Shown here: in pieces, positions 30,233 to 40,324 of the stretch | Position numbering within the stretch: the first letter of the stretch is position 1 | Layout: every line of letters begins with the position of its first letter | Virus record (IMG/VR): IMGVR_UViG_3300030104_006170 | Origin: a virus | Taxonomy: Duplodnaviria > Caudoviricetes | Reading direction: 5' to 3' (one strand) | DNA: 64,000 nucleotides | The notes under the pieces: generated by a model | Databases searched by the model: none | What the model was told of the DNA's origin: nothing | The model's input: only the letters and a program-made list of their open reading frames with translations | Program-made: the position numbers and the translations under genes

Positions 30233-30240
30233 AATAAATA
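30233..30240 (-). promoter_or_regulatory. candidate phage late promoter TATTTATT (scaffold-capsid operon)
   Basis: About 62 nt before GTG 30170. Confidence 0.5.
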
Positions 30241-30287
30241 TAAACTTTTTGTAAAAAATCTTTATTTTGAGGTTTTTAGTGGGGAAT

Positions 30288-30980
30288 TTATCTATTTAAG
30301 AAATTGTCTAGTTTAGACATCATAGATAATGACTTGTTTACTGTATTAGATTTTGACGATTCTATCATTTCTGTTGGTTCATCTACACTGTCAGCTTTTT
30401 CGTCTTCTTTAAATAAATATGACCCTGGAGTTGATGGTGAAGAAACCAAATCGAAACAAATTAATTCAAAATCTTCTTGTACTTCATTATACTCTCCATT
30501 TTTAGTTAATGAACCCACACCTCTAGAAGAAATACCTAATGTTACACCTTGTCTTAATAAATTAGCGGCCATATCACCAACACACGATATTACACCTTCT
30601 TTTAAATAACCTGGAGATGTTAATAATTTAAGTTTACCTATTAATCTATTTCCATCCCACCAGGTTTCTGTAATTATGTGAGAAGCTCTATCTAAATCGA
30701 TAAGTGAAGATTCTGGGTGGTTAAGTTCTGATATTGCACCACCTCTTTTTATAACTTCCTGGTATCTTTCGTTTTCTCTTTTTAATATATTTTCTGGGTA
30801 TATTCTACCGTTTCTATTTGGGGTGTTATATTTTTGGAGTATTGCGTTCATATATATTTCACCATCGAAGTTGTCTTTTGCCATTTCTCTTAAGATTCCT
30901 TTGTTGTCATCTGGTGAAAGGTGTCCGTCATGCTCAACTAATATTCCATGACCGATTTCTCTTGCTTCTAATACTCTCAT
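30288..30980 (-). CDS. prohead protease, T4 gp21-like
   Basis: NRNGRIYP, ELNHP, SHII, GISSRGVGSL, FDLVSSPSTPG. Confidence 0.93.
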   Translation of the reverse strand: MRVLEAREIGHGILVEHDGHLSPDDNKGILREMAKDNFDGEIYMNAILQKYNTPNRNGRIYPENILKRENERYQEVIKRGGAISELNHPESSLIDLDRASHIITETWWDGNRLIGKLKLLTSPGYLKEGVISCVGDMAANLLRQGVTLGISSRGVGSLTKNGEYNEVQEDFELICFDLVSSPSTPGSYLFKEDEKADSVDEPTEMIESSKSNTVNKSLSMMSKLDNFLNR

Positions 30981-31027
30981 AATATTCTTTTTAAATAAAT
31001 AGTGGTGTTAGACAAAAAAATCTTATA

Positions 31028-31465
31028 TCACTTTTTAGATTTATAGAACTGAAATGTCTCGGAAGTTAGTAAAGTTTTATTTATTATCTCATTTGTGAGA
31101 TTATTAACTGATTCGGAAATAGAAGGTACTTTAATATCTTTATGTTTAAGGTCTTTAAGGAATAAGGTTATTTCACACCTAAGAAAACTTCTTTTACCTT
31201 TTTTTATCCCACTAGCTCTTAAATCTAAATCTACTATAGTTTTTGTTTTGAATGGGGTTTCTGACAATTTATTATATACTCTATGTTTTATATCGTTTTT
31301 TACTTTTTTAATAGGTCTTTCCCAGTTTAGTAAGTCTTCTTTTGGTTCTGCCCAACTAGATAAATTTAAGTATATAGATTTTAGTGAAGACACATCTACA
31401 GTGCCATAGGATGTTTTAAATACATCGGAAATTTTAGTGTTTATTTCTCGTCCTTGTTTTATCAT
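31028..31465 (-). CDS. hypothetical protein in head module
   Basis: ORF tiles region between portal and protease. Confidence 0.6.
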   Translation of the reverse strand: MIKQGREINTKISDVFKTSYGTVDVSSLKSIYLNLSSWAEPKEDLLNWERPIKKVKNDIKHRVYNKLSETPFKTKTIVDLDLRASGIKKGKRSFLRCEITLFLKDLKHKDIKVPSISESVNNLTNEIINKTLLTSETFQFYKSKK

Positions 31466-31507
31466 ACCATATATTTTTTATACTTTAAATATAAAAAATA
31501 CGTGTAG

Positions 31508-32248
31508 TTAGTTCAAGTCCTCTAGGAGACTCCTAACCCTAATATATGATTTTTTTGTAATATTTAACCCTCTTATTTCGTTTTTAACTTCCACTAACTT
31601 AGCTGATAAATTATCATCTTTAGACTCTTTTAATAAATCGTTAATTTTATTTAGGGTTATTTCTTTAACATTATTAAACTCAGAACTTAAATTATCTTCT
31701 GTCATTAACAATGTATTTTTTAAAATGGTTTGTTGGTTTTCACTTAGTGAATTTCCATATTCTTCTCCATAATTTTTAGATAAAACATGGGAAAGTATTT
31801 TAGGGTTTTTTATTTTACCTTGGGTTTTTTTGGTTTTTAGGGTATTTTCACTTAGTATATTTTTTGAATTACTAACACTCTCTAAGTTAATTATAGAATT
31901 ACTATAAACTATATTATCTATATTCTCATAAATAGTATTTGTTTTTTTGGTACATAGTTCTTTTCTATCAGAGATAATTTTATCTAGAATAGGACTAACT
32001 TTATTTAGTTTATGTTTGTTTCTTTTTAAAAAATCTACAGCTTCATTTATGTAGTTAACCGAATCTTTTTCATTTTTAAACTTTTTAGTCTCTATTTCAT
32101 TGTATAAAGTAAAGAATTCCCTCAATACCTTGGAGTACTTCATTGCTCCCATTACTACAGATAAATTTCTTTTAAATTTATTAGTATCAGTAAAGGAGTT
32201 TTCTAAAATACTGTCTATATTATTTTTGTAGTAACCGAAATTTTTCAT
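31508..32248 (-). CDS. hypothetical protein in head module
   Basis: ORF with late motif upstream. Confidence 0.6.
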   Translation of the reverse strand: MKNFGYYKNNIDSILENSFTDTNKFKRNLSVVMGAMKYSKVLREFFTLYNEIETKKFKNEKDSVNYINEAVDFLKRNKHKLNKVSPILDKIISDRKELCTKKTNTIYENIDNIVYSNSIINLESVSNSKNILSENTLKTKKTQGKIKNPKILSHVLSKNYGEEYGNSLSENQQTILKNTLLMTEDNLSSEFNNVKEITLNKINDLLKESKDDNLSAKLVEVKNEIRGLNITKKSYIRVRSLLEDLN

Positions 32249-32272
32249 AAGTGTCTTTTATAATAAATATAC

Positions 32273-34117
32273 TTAATCCTCTAATAATGAATCTACCTTA
32301 TCATTTATACTATCAATATTATTTTTTGTTCTATTTACTACCTCCTGTAACCCATCCAAAGATAGACCTTTTTCTTCCATTAATAATGGTAACCCTTTTT
32401 CTTTTTTAAACGATTCTGCTGCTGGAACTGGTTCTGTCACTTCATCTCCACCACCAGGAGCCTCAGTTTCAGGACCACCCATATCAAAATCTGCAACATC
32501 CTGACTTCCCGTATCTAGTCCTGGTTCATCACCTGCTGTATCTGCTCCACCTTCACCACCTTCCTCAGTTGGTGGTTCTCCGTATAATTTGTCAACAGTA
32601 TTAAATAATCCTGTTTTCTTAATAGTTTCTGCAGTTTTTTCTAATTCACCTGATAATGCTTTTTCAAATCTTTGTTGTTGTAAATCTAATTTAATTTCTT
32701 CATCACTCATCCCTAAAATAAATTTCTTTGCCCATGTTGCTGATACCGGAGCTATACCACTACCAGGGTCTCCTACAGCATCTTTATATAAAGTTATTTT
32801 AGTTTGCCATTGTTCTAACTTTAATAATTCAGCTTGTGTCGATGGGTTCGTCAATCCTAAAGAAAAATTCTCTAGTTCATCCTCAAAACCTAAAACATAT
32901 AAATGAATAATAGCTATTTTATTTAATTCTTGTATAATAGCTTTTTGAATCTTATTTATGGTTCTTGCAAATCTAATATCTAATAAAGCCAAATTTTTAC
33001 CTTCTCCAACAACCTCCTCAAAACCTAAAAATGCTTTTGGTATTCTAAGAGATGCTAGGAGTTTTTTCTGGATATATTCAATATCTGCAATTTCACTTAG
33101 GTTGGTTGCTCCAGGTAGTGTATCTATTGGACTTGCCGCTGCTTGGTCTCTTACAGGTATAAAATAATCTTGGTCAACAGCCATTTGATTCATTCTCAAA
33201 TCTACATTACCGTTTTGTGGGTCAACAATAGGGTCTCTTTTAAATTTATTTGCAACTTTTTGGATATAAGCTTCGACATCCTTATCATCCATATTACCAA
33301 CAAAAACTTTAAAAACTCTCCTTTCAGGTGCTCTAGAAGTTCTATAGACTAACATAGCGTCCTCAGCTAACAATAATTGTTTCCATATTCTTCTACATTT
33401 TTCCAACATTGACGTACCGTAAGGTAGTCTTCTATCATCACCTAGTAACCTAAAGTGAGCTACCTCCCAAGAATTGAATTTGATGTCTTTTTCTCTCCAA
33501 TTAAATTCTACTTTATGAGCGTTAGGGTCATCGTTACTTATCTGGTTTAACGCACTATGCCCCTCATTTCTTTCCAATTCAATATTAGGTAATTGATTAA
33601 CACCGATAATTCCTTTTTCCGGGTCAATTTTAAGATAAACAAAATTATCACCATATTTACACGTATTACGAATCCACATAGGTAAATTTGTATTAACATC
33701 TAATACGTTATTAAATAAATCACCTAAAATAGATTTAATTCTAGTGGACTCAGAGTATATGGACAACATGTAACCTTTTTCTGATGGTGTAGTTGCTTCT
33801 TCGGAGTATATATCTAACGCTGCTGATATTTCTGGTGTAAATTCCATTGATTCATAATCGTAATATGAAGCTAGTCTTGTTGGTTCATAGTATACTGATT
33901 TTGTATATAATTCATTATCTATTTTTTGCCATTGATTGGATAGATAAAGTGATTGTTGCATTTGAAGTTTTTCCTTTTCAAACTCATCTTTCGAGTCTGT
34001 TTTAAGGATATCTTTTGGTAACATCTTAAATTTTTGGTACGTTGGTTCCTCTTGTGTGGGGCCACCAGGTCCAAATAATTTACTCAGTCTTTGGTATATT
34101 GTTAAGTTATCTGCCAT
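32273..34117 (-). CDS. portal protein, T4 gp20-like
   Basis: EISAALDIY.EEAT, YGTSMLE..R..WKQL.L.EDA..VYR.SRAPERRVF.V.VGN, DYFIPVR, IDTLPG..NL.EI.DIEY. Confidence 0.95.
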   Translation of the reverse strand: MADNLTIYQRLSKLFGPGGPTQEEPTYQKFKMLPKDILKTDSKDEFEKEKLQMQQSLYLSNQWQKIDNELYTKSVYYEPTRLASYYDYESMEFTPEISAALDIYSEEATTPSEKGYMLSIYSESTRIKSILGDLFNNVLDVNTNLPMWIRNTCKYGDNFVYLKIDPEKGIIGVNQLPNIELERNEGHSALNQISNDDPNAHKVEFNWREKDIKFNSWEVAHFRLLGDDRRLPYGTSMLEKCRRIWKQLLLAEDAMLVYRTSRAPERRVFKVFVGNMDDKDVEAYIQKVANKFKRDPIVDPQNGNVDLRMNQMAVDQDYFIPVRDQAAASPIDTLPGATNLSEIADIEYIQKKLLASLRIPKAFLGFEEVVGEGKNLALLDIRFARTINKIQKAIIQELNKIAIIHLYVLGFEDELENFSLGLTNPSTQAELLKLEQWQTKITLYKDAVGDPGSGIAPVSATWAKKFILGMSDEEIKLDLQQQRFEKALSGELEKTAETIKKTGLFNTVDKLYGEPPTEEGGEGGADTAGDEPGLDTGSQDVADFDMGGPETEAPGGGDEVTEPVPAAESFKKEKGLPLLMEEKGLSLDGLQEVVNRTKNNIDSINDKVDSLLED

Positions 34118-34141
34118 GTTGTTTAATAATATTAATTATTT

Positions 34142-34149
34142 TATAAATA
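34142..34149 (-). promoter_or_regulatory. candidate phage late promoter TATTTATA (portal)
   Basis: 24 nt before ATG 34117. Confidence 0.55.
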
Positions 34150-34161
34150 GTAAATCATTTG

Positions 34162-35907
34162 TTATCGGACCTTCCCAAATAACCACCCGTAATCTTTATA
34201 CATCTGTTTTGCATCACTATTTTGATTTCCTGGTTGTCCAAAAATCCCTCTATTAGCTGGTGGTTTTCTATGTTCTGGTTCTTTACTTTCTCCATTTGCA
34301 CTCCCTGAAGTGGTCCAACTATCCAACATAGCTTTAGTTAAACTATCTGCTTTTTGTAGTTGTGAAAAAGAATTTTCCCCCACATATAAAGCCATTGCTA
34401 TTGCCATTATTAAATCATCGTGTTTTCCCTTCATATGATTAGGTTTACCATTTATATAGACAAAAGTATATAATTCGTTCAATAATCTTTTAGAACGTAT
34501 AGTAAATTTATGTCTTAATGACTCTTCAAATGCCGCTACAATTTGACTTCGTTTATTATTAAAAGCCAATCCTGGAGTTTTATTTCCATCATTAGGGTTG
34601 TATTTCCATTTATCAGCGGTATTCATACCTTCAACATATAGGTCTTTATACCCTAGTTCTTGTAGTTTTCTAGATGTTGCGACACCCATACCACCTGTAA
34701 TGTCAGTAACAACATAAGCATTGTACATACTCCCCCATTTATATACTATATCTGCTGCTAAATCTGGCGGTATCTTACCTAAATATTCTAAAACCTGACA
34801 CCTTTCATCAAAATCTATTATGATGATAGAAGTAAAATCTTCTGAGTCACCCCTACTAACATCACACCCCAAAATATATCTGTGACCTTCTTTAGGTTTT
34901 TCCCAAACCCATAACTGATTACCCACAAACATTTCTTCTGGGTCTCTGATATCTTCATTTTTTATTCTCTCTATTGTCTCTACTGGTATTACATTATCTC
35001 CTGAACCTAAAAAAGCACTTTCTAATTCTTGTGAAACTTTTCTTCTATCGTACTTAAGTTTTTTAACCATACTCTCAAACCAAGAAGAACAAGGTTTATA
35101 ACCATTCCTAATTAAATCCTCAAACTTATCTAAACTTTTTTCATGTATAAATTCATCCTCATTATAATCTTCCCTATTTAATAAAAAATGCACTATATCT
35201 TTACATTTAACCCAAAAAAGGTCTTTTGTAAATCTGGGGTCATTTTCCCAATGTAGTTCAGAAATATGAAAACTATTTAAACCTTTGATGGCTTGTTCAT
35301 ATATTTCATAATATATTTTATCATAACCATTAGGTGTAGATATCACTATTACTTTACCACCCGTGGATAAGGATGCCATACATGCCGCCCAAAAATCATC
35401 ACCAGCTTCAATATATGCAGCTTCGTCAAATATTAGTGTTGTTGGTGTGTATCCCCTTAATGCATCTACTGATGTTGCTACTGCTTTAACTTCACAACCA
35501 TTATTTAACTTGAAATGTTTTTGTGAGTCTTTTTCTTTAGAAAAACCTACGTTAATCCAATCAGGCCACTGATTTAAAAAACCTCTAACTTTATTTGCAA
35601 ATTCAGATGCAGTATCTAATTTATTTGCAATAATAAGTATTTTTTCTGGTTTAGTTTTAGAAGCAAATTGTAATTTTTTGGACACCCAAGCTGCTGTAGC
35701 TGTTGAAACTCCGGCTTGTCTATACTTTTTAGTTATGTTGTCACTATACTCATCAAAATTAGATAACATCATCTCCTGTTCAGGAAACAAATTAAAAGGT
35801 ACATATTTAGATTGTGTATTGTCGTATGTTTCTAGATATGTTTTAATAGCATAATTAGTATCTTGTAAGCATCTTGCATATTCTTTTATCAACTCTTGTT
35901 TGTCCAT
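34162..35907 (-). CDS. terminase large subunit, T4 gp17-like
   Basis: Walker A variant KYRQAGVST, Walker B LIFDEAAYI, ISTPNG, nuclease motifs GCDVSRG and HDDLIMA. Confidence 0.93.
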   Translation of the reverse strand: MDKQELIKEYARCLQDTNYAIKTYLETYDNTQSKYVPFNLFPEQEMMLSNFDEYSDNITKKYRQAGVSTATAAWVSKKLQFASKTKPEKILIIANKLDTASEFANKVRGFLNQWPDWINVGFSKEKDSQKHFKLNNGCEVKAVATSVDALRGYTPTTLIFDEAAYIEAGDDFWAACMASLSTGGKVIVISTPNGYDKIYYEIYEQAIKGLNSFHISELHWENDPRFTKDLFWVKCKDIVHFLLNREDYNEDEFIHEKSLDKFEDLIRNGYKPCSSWFESMVKKLKYDRRKVSQELESAFLGSGDNVIPVETIERIKNEDIRDPEEMFVGNQLWVWEKPKEGHRYILGCDVSRGDSEDFTSIIIIDFDERCQVLEYLGKIPPDLAADIVYKWGSMYNAYVVTDITGGMGVATSRKLQELGYKDLYVEGMNTADKWKYNPNDGNKTPGLAFNNKRSQIVAAFEESLRHKFTIRSKRLLNELYTFVYINGKPNHMKGKHDDLIMAIAMALYVGENSFSQLQKADSLTKAMLDSWTTSGSANGESKEPEHRKPPANRGIFGQPGNQNSDAKQMYKDYGWLFGKVR

Positions 35908-35911
35908 ATGC

Positions 35912-35919
35912 TATAAATA
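35912..35919 (-). promoter_or_regulatory. candidate phage late promoter TATTTATA (terminase)
   Basis: 4 nt before ATG 35907. Confidence 0.6.
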
Positions 35920-35938
35920 TCGTAAAAATATTAACTCT

Positions 35939-37258
35939 TTACAAGTTGTATAAAAAGTCTTTCTCGGCTTTTGTTAAAGAATCCATACCACTTTTATTTA
36001 TTTTGTCTAAAATAGTATCCATATCTAATTCTTCAACATCTGGAGTTGGCGGTGTGTCGTCTATTGGGGTGGGAGTTTCACCAGAAACATCTTCATAGTC
36101 TTCTTGTTTTAACTGTTTAACAATATCATCAACCATTTTCTTAACCTGGTCCTTACCTTTTTGACTACCGGACAATATTTCTTTAGCTAATTTAAGAAAT
36201 TCTTCAGCTTCTAGACTTACAAATTTAAAATAAAAGTAATTTTTAATTCTTTTTTGTTCCTCCATATCAAAAAAGTTATCTGGGTAAACTTCCAAAAATT
36301 TCTCCCAAATTACTGGTCCTAATCTTAAGTCCCATACTTCTGCTGGTAATGTATCTTCCATTCCAATTACCTCATCTGCCATTTCTGGGTCTGAAGGTAA
36401 ACCATGAGCTGATATATATTCCATAACACCCTTATATAATTCATGAACTAAAATAGGGAACATTAGTCCTGTTGCTTTAATTGTTGGTGGGTCTGTTTCT
36501 AGGTCTAGTTCTTCTTTTCCAGCCATTGCAGACTCTGCTCCTCCTCCACCCATCATACCTTCCATATCTGGCATCACCCAATAAAGTAAGTCATTTACTG
36601 ACATTACTATAGAATATAAACCAACTAAATCTGGATTAATATCATTCAATTTTTCATTAACTAAATGATACATATAGTGTGCTTTTTTTGCTGACCCTTG
36701 TATTAAAGAATTTATAAATCTTCTTTTTTGTTTTTCCAAATCTAATTTCTGAAGTCTTTTTGCGGCCTCATCTTCCATTTCAAAGTTAGGGAATTCTAGT
36801 TCTTTTTTCTTCTTTTTTTGAGGTTTCATTTGCATTCCAGAAGTGTCAGGTTTTTCTAATTTTGCGTCAAATTGTAAATCTCCTTCTGGTATACCCATTT
36901 CATCTACCACTAATTCTACAGCTAAATTTTCTAAAGTTTCTCTGTTTTGAGATTCTATTTGCATAATTCTTCTTGCTGCTTGCATTAACATTGGTTGTAA
37001 AGACATGAAAGTTTGTGGGTCAATATTTTCCACACCTGTCGCGTCTTTTACTTTTTGTACAACGTCTTGAAATCTTTGAGATGCGATTAATTCTTCAAAA
37101 TTATCTGGAATACCATCTTTATCTACATCTGGAAATGCTTGATGGCCACCTAGTGGGTGTTCCTGTGACCTTAACTTACGCTCAATGTCTGGTGACATTC
37201 TTTCTCTACCAGCACCATAATCAATAGGAGGTGCTTCATTAAGTTTTTTCTTAGCCAT
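35939..37258 (-). CDS. hypothetical late protein (N-terminal LNE|A site)
   Basis: Long ORF in late operon; MAKKKLNEA. Confidence 0.6.
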   Translation of the reverse strand: MAKKKLNEAPPIDYGAGRERMSPDIERKLRSQEHPLGGHQAFPDVDKDGIPDNFEELIASQRFQDVVQKVKDATGVENIDPQTFMSLQPMLMQAARRIMQIESQNRETLENLAVELVVDEMGIPEGDLQFDAKLEKPDTSGMQMKPQKKKKKELEFPNFEMEDEAAKRLQKLDLEKQKRRFINSLIQGSAKKAHYMYHLVNEKLNDINPDLVGLYSIVMSVNDLLYWVMPDMEGMMGGGGAESAMAGKEELDLETDPPTIKATGLMFPILVHELYKGVMEYISAHGLPSDPEMADEVIGMEDTLPAEVWDLRLGPVIWEKFLEVYPDNFFDMEEQKRIKNYFYFKFVSLEAEEFLKLAKEILSGSQKGKDQVKKMVDDIVKQLKQEDYEDVSGETPTPIDDTPPTPDVEELDMDTILDKINKSGMDSLTKAEKDFLYNL

Positions 37259-38330
37259 GTTGTGTTAGTGCTTTACCTAAATTAGTTGATTTTAACCAAT
37301 CCGGTAAAGAAGAGTCATTACCTCTAGCTTTAGGTTTTGGTTTGGTTTTTGGTTTTTCGAATGGTCCTCTTCTTTTCTTTTCTCCTGGTTTTGTTGGGGC
37401 TATGGTTGGTGTTTTTACTGGGGCAGTATCTACGGGAGCTCCTATATAGTCTCCTTCATCATCTCTATCAGTTTCACTTAATTCCATACCACCTACAGCA
37501 TTACCATTAAGTTTTATGTTACCTGATGGACAAATATTTAACTCTATAATTTGTTCGTTTTCTGGGTTTTGGAGGTACCCATTCATGTGTCCGTCATCAT
37601 CAAACCCATCAACTTCCACTGTCATAGGAGGTGTCATTTCTGAAGCGATATCCATAACCGTAGCAAATGAATCTTTTTGTGAATCAGTACCTATTGTATA
37701 TGGTGAATCCGTATCCACACCATTTAAATTTTCTTTTATAGTTTTTATAAAATTTCCTTTTGTAATTGTTGGTAGTTCCCTAGATTCCACTAACGACATT
37801 ATCCAACTCTCCAGAGCTTCTTGTTCATTTACATATTCAGGTAATTTTTCATAATCTGACTTACTCATCTTTGATGCTAATTTTTCTGCTGCTGCAGGGT
37901 TAACTGAGTATAAGTATTTTTGTTGAGCTTTGGAGGCAAATTTTTCTTCCACTTCTTGTGGTAGTTCAACTAACAATGGTTCTCCATCTATATCAACTTC
38001 TGGATTTCCCATTGGGTCGGTTTCTATATTTTTTTCTTCTTCGGTTTTATATTCTTCATTTGTAGTTACTGTTACCGAACCATCATCATTAGGTGTTACA
38101 GTACCGTCAACATTTAACCCACCATCATCCTGTTTCATTTTATCTACTTCTGATTTAGTATATGTTGTTTTTGTTACAGTTTTCTTTTCAGCTTCATTGA
38201 AGAGTTTTTTACTTAGTGCTTTTAACTGTGTGTCTGAAAATGAAGATAGGGTTCTATGAGTGAACCCTTCTTTTAAAAATCTTTTAACTAATTCTTTTCT
38301 ATTATTTAACATGCTCGAATTTTTTATCAA
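37251..38330 (-). CDS. hypothetical late protein with multiple [ILV]-x-E sites and Pro/Lys-rich tail (start may be 38312)
   Basis: Long ORF in late operon. Confidence 0.6.
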   Translation of the reverse strand: MIKNSSMLNNRKELVKRFLKEGFTHRTLSSFSDTQLKALSKKLFNEAEKKTVTKTTYTKSEVDKMKQDDGGLNVDGTVTPNDDGSVTVTTNEEYKTEEEKNIETDPMGNPEVDIDGEPLLVELPQEVEEKFASKAQQKYLYSVNPAAAEKLASKMSKSDYEKLPEYVNEQEALESWIMSLVESRELPTITKGNFIKTIKENLNGVDTDSPYTIGTDSQKDSFATVMDIASEMTPPMTVEVDGFDDDGHMNGYLQNPENEQIIELNICPSGNIKLNGNAVGGMELSETDRDDEGDYIGAPVDTAPVKTPTIAPTKPGEKKRRGPFEKPKTKPKPKARGNDSSLPDWLKSTNLGKALTQHG

Positions 38331-38709
38331 ATTTTAATATTATATCACGTGAATATAATTTATCTTTTACTTTTTGTAGTGTTTCCCCAAAATGAAAAAC
38401 TAACCTTTCTTCATCACCATTCTCATAGTCTTCTTCATATGTTTCCCACCCTAGAGCTATCACATTATCTAAAGCGTGTTCCATACTAAAATAATCTGAG
38501 TTTTGTACTAAATCTAAAGCTACTTTAGTATTATTTAATACTCCGACTGTTTCAATATATTGTAATTCTGGAGGTCCTGGTTTACCATGTGCTGGTATAG
38601 CGTCCCATTCATCACCCCATAATTCTTCTGTTTCACTACCAAAAATAAATTCATAAATGTTCTCATTTTTGTAATTGGGTCCTAGTTCATTTATGAATAA
38701 AAGTTTCAT
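38302..38709 (-). CDS. hypothetical protein
   Basis: ORF tiles operon. Confidence 0.6.
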   Translation of the reverse strand: MKLLFINELGPNYKNENIYEFIFGSETEELWGDEWDAIPAHGKPGPPELQYIETVGVLNNTKVALDLVQNSDYFSMEHALDNVIALGWETYEEDYENGDEERLVFHFGETLQKVKDKLYSRDIILKFDKKFEHVK

Positions 38710-38710
38710 C

Positions 38711-39904
38711 CTACTTTATACTACCATCTTTTTTTATAACTACTTTTTTGTTTGTGGATTCTAAAATTACATCCCCGTCCTTGTTTTCTTTATTTAATTT
38801 AATGTCCTGATTTTCTTTTAATACTTTTTTAATACTTAACTCTTGTTCTACTGTTTTAGCTACTTTAGTTAGTTTATTTTCTTTTAGTACATTTTTTAAT
38901 CTAGATTGTAAGTATTCTTTTGGGTCTACGGACTTAGTTTCTTTTTTTTTATCTTTTTTTGTAATATAAGATTCTAAAAGACTACCAACTCTTTGTTTTA
39001 GAGATTCCATAGCCATTTCTTCATCTTCCATATCCATATCCATATCTATCTCTTCATCACCCATATCCATGTCATCATCAGAACCTTCCATATCCATATC
39101 CATATCTACATCCATTTCTTCTTCATCACCATAACTTGTTTCATCCTCTTCAAATCTATCTAACACATCTTCTTTGTCCTCATCATCTAAATTATCTAAA
39201 TCAACAGCAGAAATGACAGAATTTAAAACATACTTAATATCTGAACTACCCATTTCTTCCTCAACGTCACGTAATTTTTGTCCTAACTTACCAGTTAACT
39301 TTTGGATTGATTTCATAAAACCTTCCATGTCTTCTTCGCCACCCATTTCATCTTCAACATCAACATCCATTTCTTCATCACCCATCTCATCTTCCATATC
39401 CATATCCATGTCAATATCGTCATCTCCCATATCGTCTTCCATATCCATGTCCATATCCATTTCTTCGTCACCACCTTCATTAGGTACATTTAAAACAAAT
39501 TTTTCTTGTTCATCCATTTCATTATAGGCTTCATCTACTTCATCATAAGCTTCATACATACTATCACCTTTTCCATCGTTATAAGCTTCGTTTAATGGTT
39601 TGAATATTAGATTCATTCTCTTAAGTGCAGCAGAATAACTTTTAAACCTATCTTTCTTTTTATTCATTCCACCACTTATATAGTCTAATTCAGATTCATT
39701 GATACCTGATTTTAAATAATAACCATCCTTTTCTTGGATTATAGCATATGTTTTACCGTCTGCTGCTTTTTTACTGAATGAATTAGTGTTAGTGTGATAC
39801 TCGTCATTTTTTTTGACTTCACCATAACGAGCAATTTCCATGATTCTTTTAATCTTGTCTTGTCCCGTTAATTTTTCACTTCCTATAGGTTTTAATTTTC
39901 CCAT
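38711..39904 (-). CDS. acidic Asp/Glu/Met low-complexity protein, putative head core component
   Basis: Two MDMDMDME-type tracts; several LxE sites. Confidence 0.55.
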   Translation of the reverse strand: MGKLKPIGSEKLTGQDKIKRIMEIARYGEVKKNDEYHTNTNSFSKKAADGKTYAIIQEKDGYYLKSGINESELDYISGGMNKKKDRFKSYSAALKRMNLIFKPLNEAYNDGKGDSMYEAYDEVDEAYNEMDEQEKFVLNVPNEGGDEEMDMDMDMEDDMGDDDIDMDMDMEDEMGDEEMDVDVEDEMGGEEDMEGFMKSIQKLTGKLGQKLRDVEEEMGSSDIKYVLNSVISAVDLDNLDDEDKEDVLDRFEEDETSYGDEEEMDVDMDMDMEGSDDDMDMGDEEIDMDMDMEDEEMAMESLKQRVGSLLESYITKKDKKKETKSVDPKEYLQSRLKNVLKENKLTKVAKTVEQELSIKKVLKENQDIKLNKENKDGDVILESTNKKVVIKKDGSIK

Positions 39905-39931
39905 TTTATTTATCTTTAATTTTAATTTATT

Positions 39932-40294
39932 TTAACTATTTTGTCCACCATTACCAATTATTGTTGGTTTCCATATATCGGAAGATGCACCTGAATAATT
40001 AACAGCTGATGGTGCTGTTATTCCGGACATTATTGATAGACAACTACAATCATAACATAGAAAATATACTCCAACAGGTGCAGCTGTTAGTTGTCCTGGA
40101 TTTAACAATAAATCTATATTTTCTGCTTCTCCTAGATTAAAAGTTACACCTCCTACTTGAAATGTGGCTGTGGTAGCACTAGCTACTACACCCGTACATG
40201 CATATGTTTTGTAGGTTGTATTTCTACTATCGTAAAGCGTAGTGCCTCCGATAGGTGTTGTTGGGATAGAACTTCCTCCGTAATTTCCTGCCAT
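39932..40294 (-). CDS. small G/S/T-rich late protein, possible capsid decoration
   Basis: Late motif upstream; LCYDCSC motif. Confidence 0.45.
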   Translation of the reverse strand: MAGNYGGSSIPTTPIGGTTLYDSRNTTYKTYACTGVVASATTATFQVGGVTFNLGEAENIDLLLNPGQLTAAPVGVYFLCYDCSCLSIMSGITAPSAVNYSGASSDIWKPTIIGNGGQNS

Positions 40295-40324
40295 AATTAA
40301 TTAATTATTTATTTATAAATATAC

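Noticed and set aside
34162-35907. Intein or intron in the terminase
   Set aside because: The ORF is continuous, of normal length, and shows no C/S...HN splice motifs or LAGLIDADG block.
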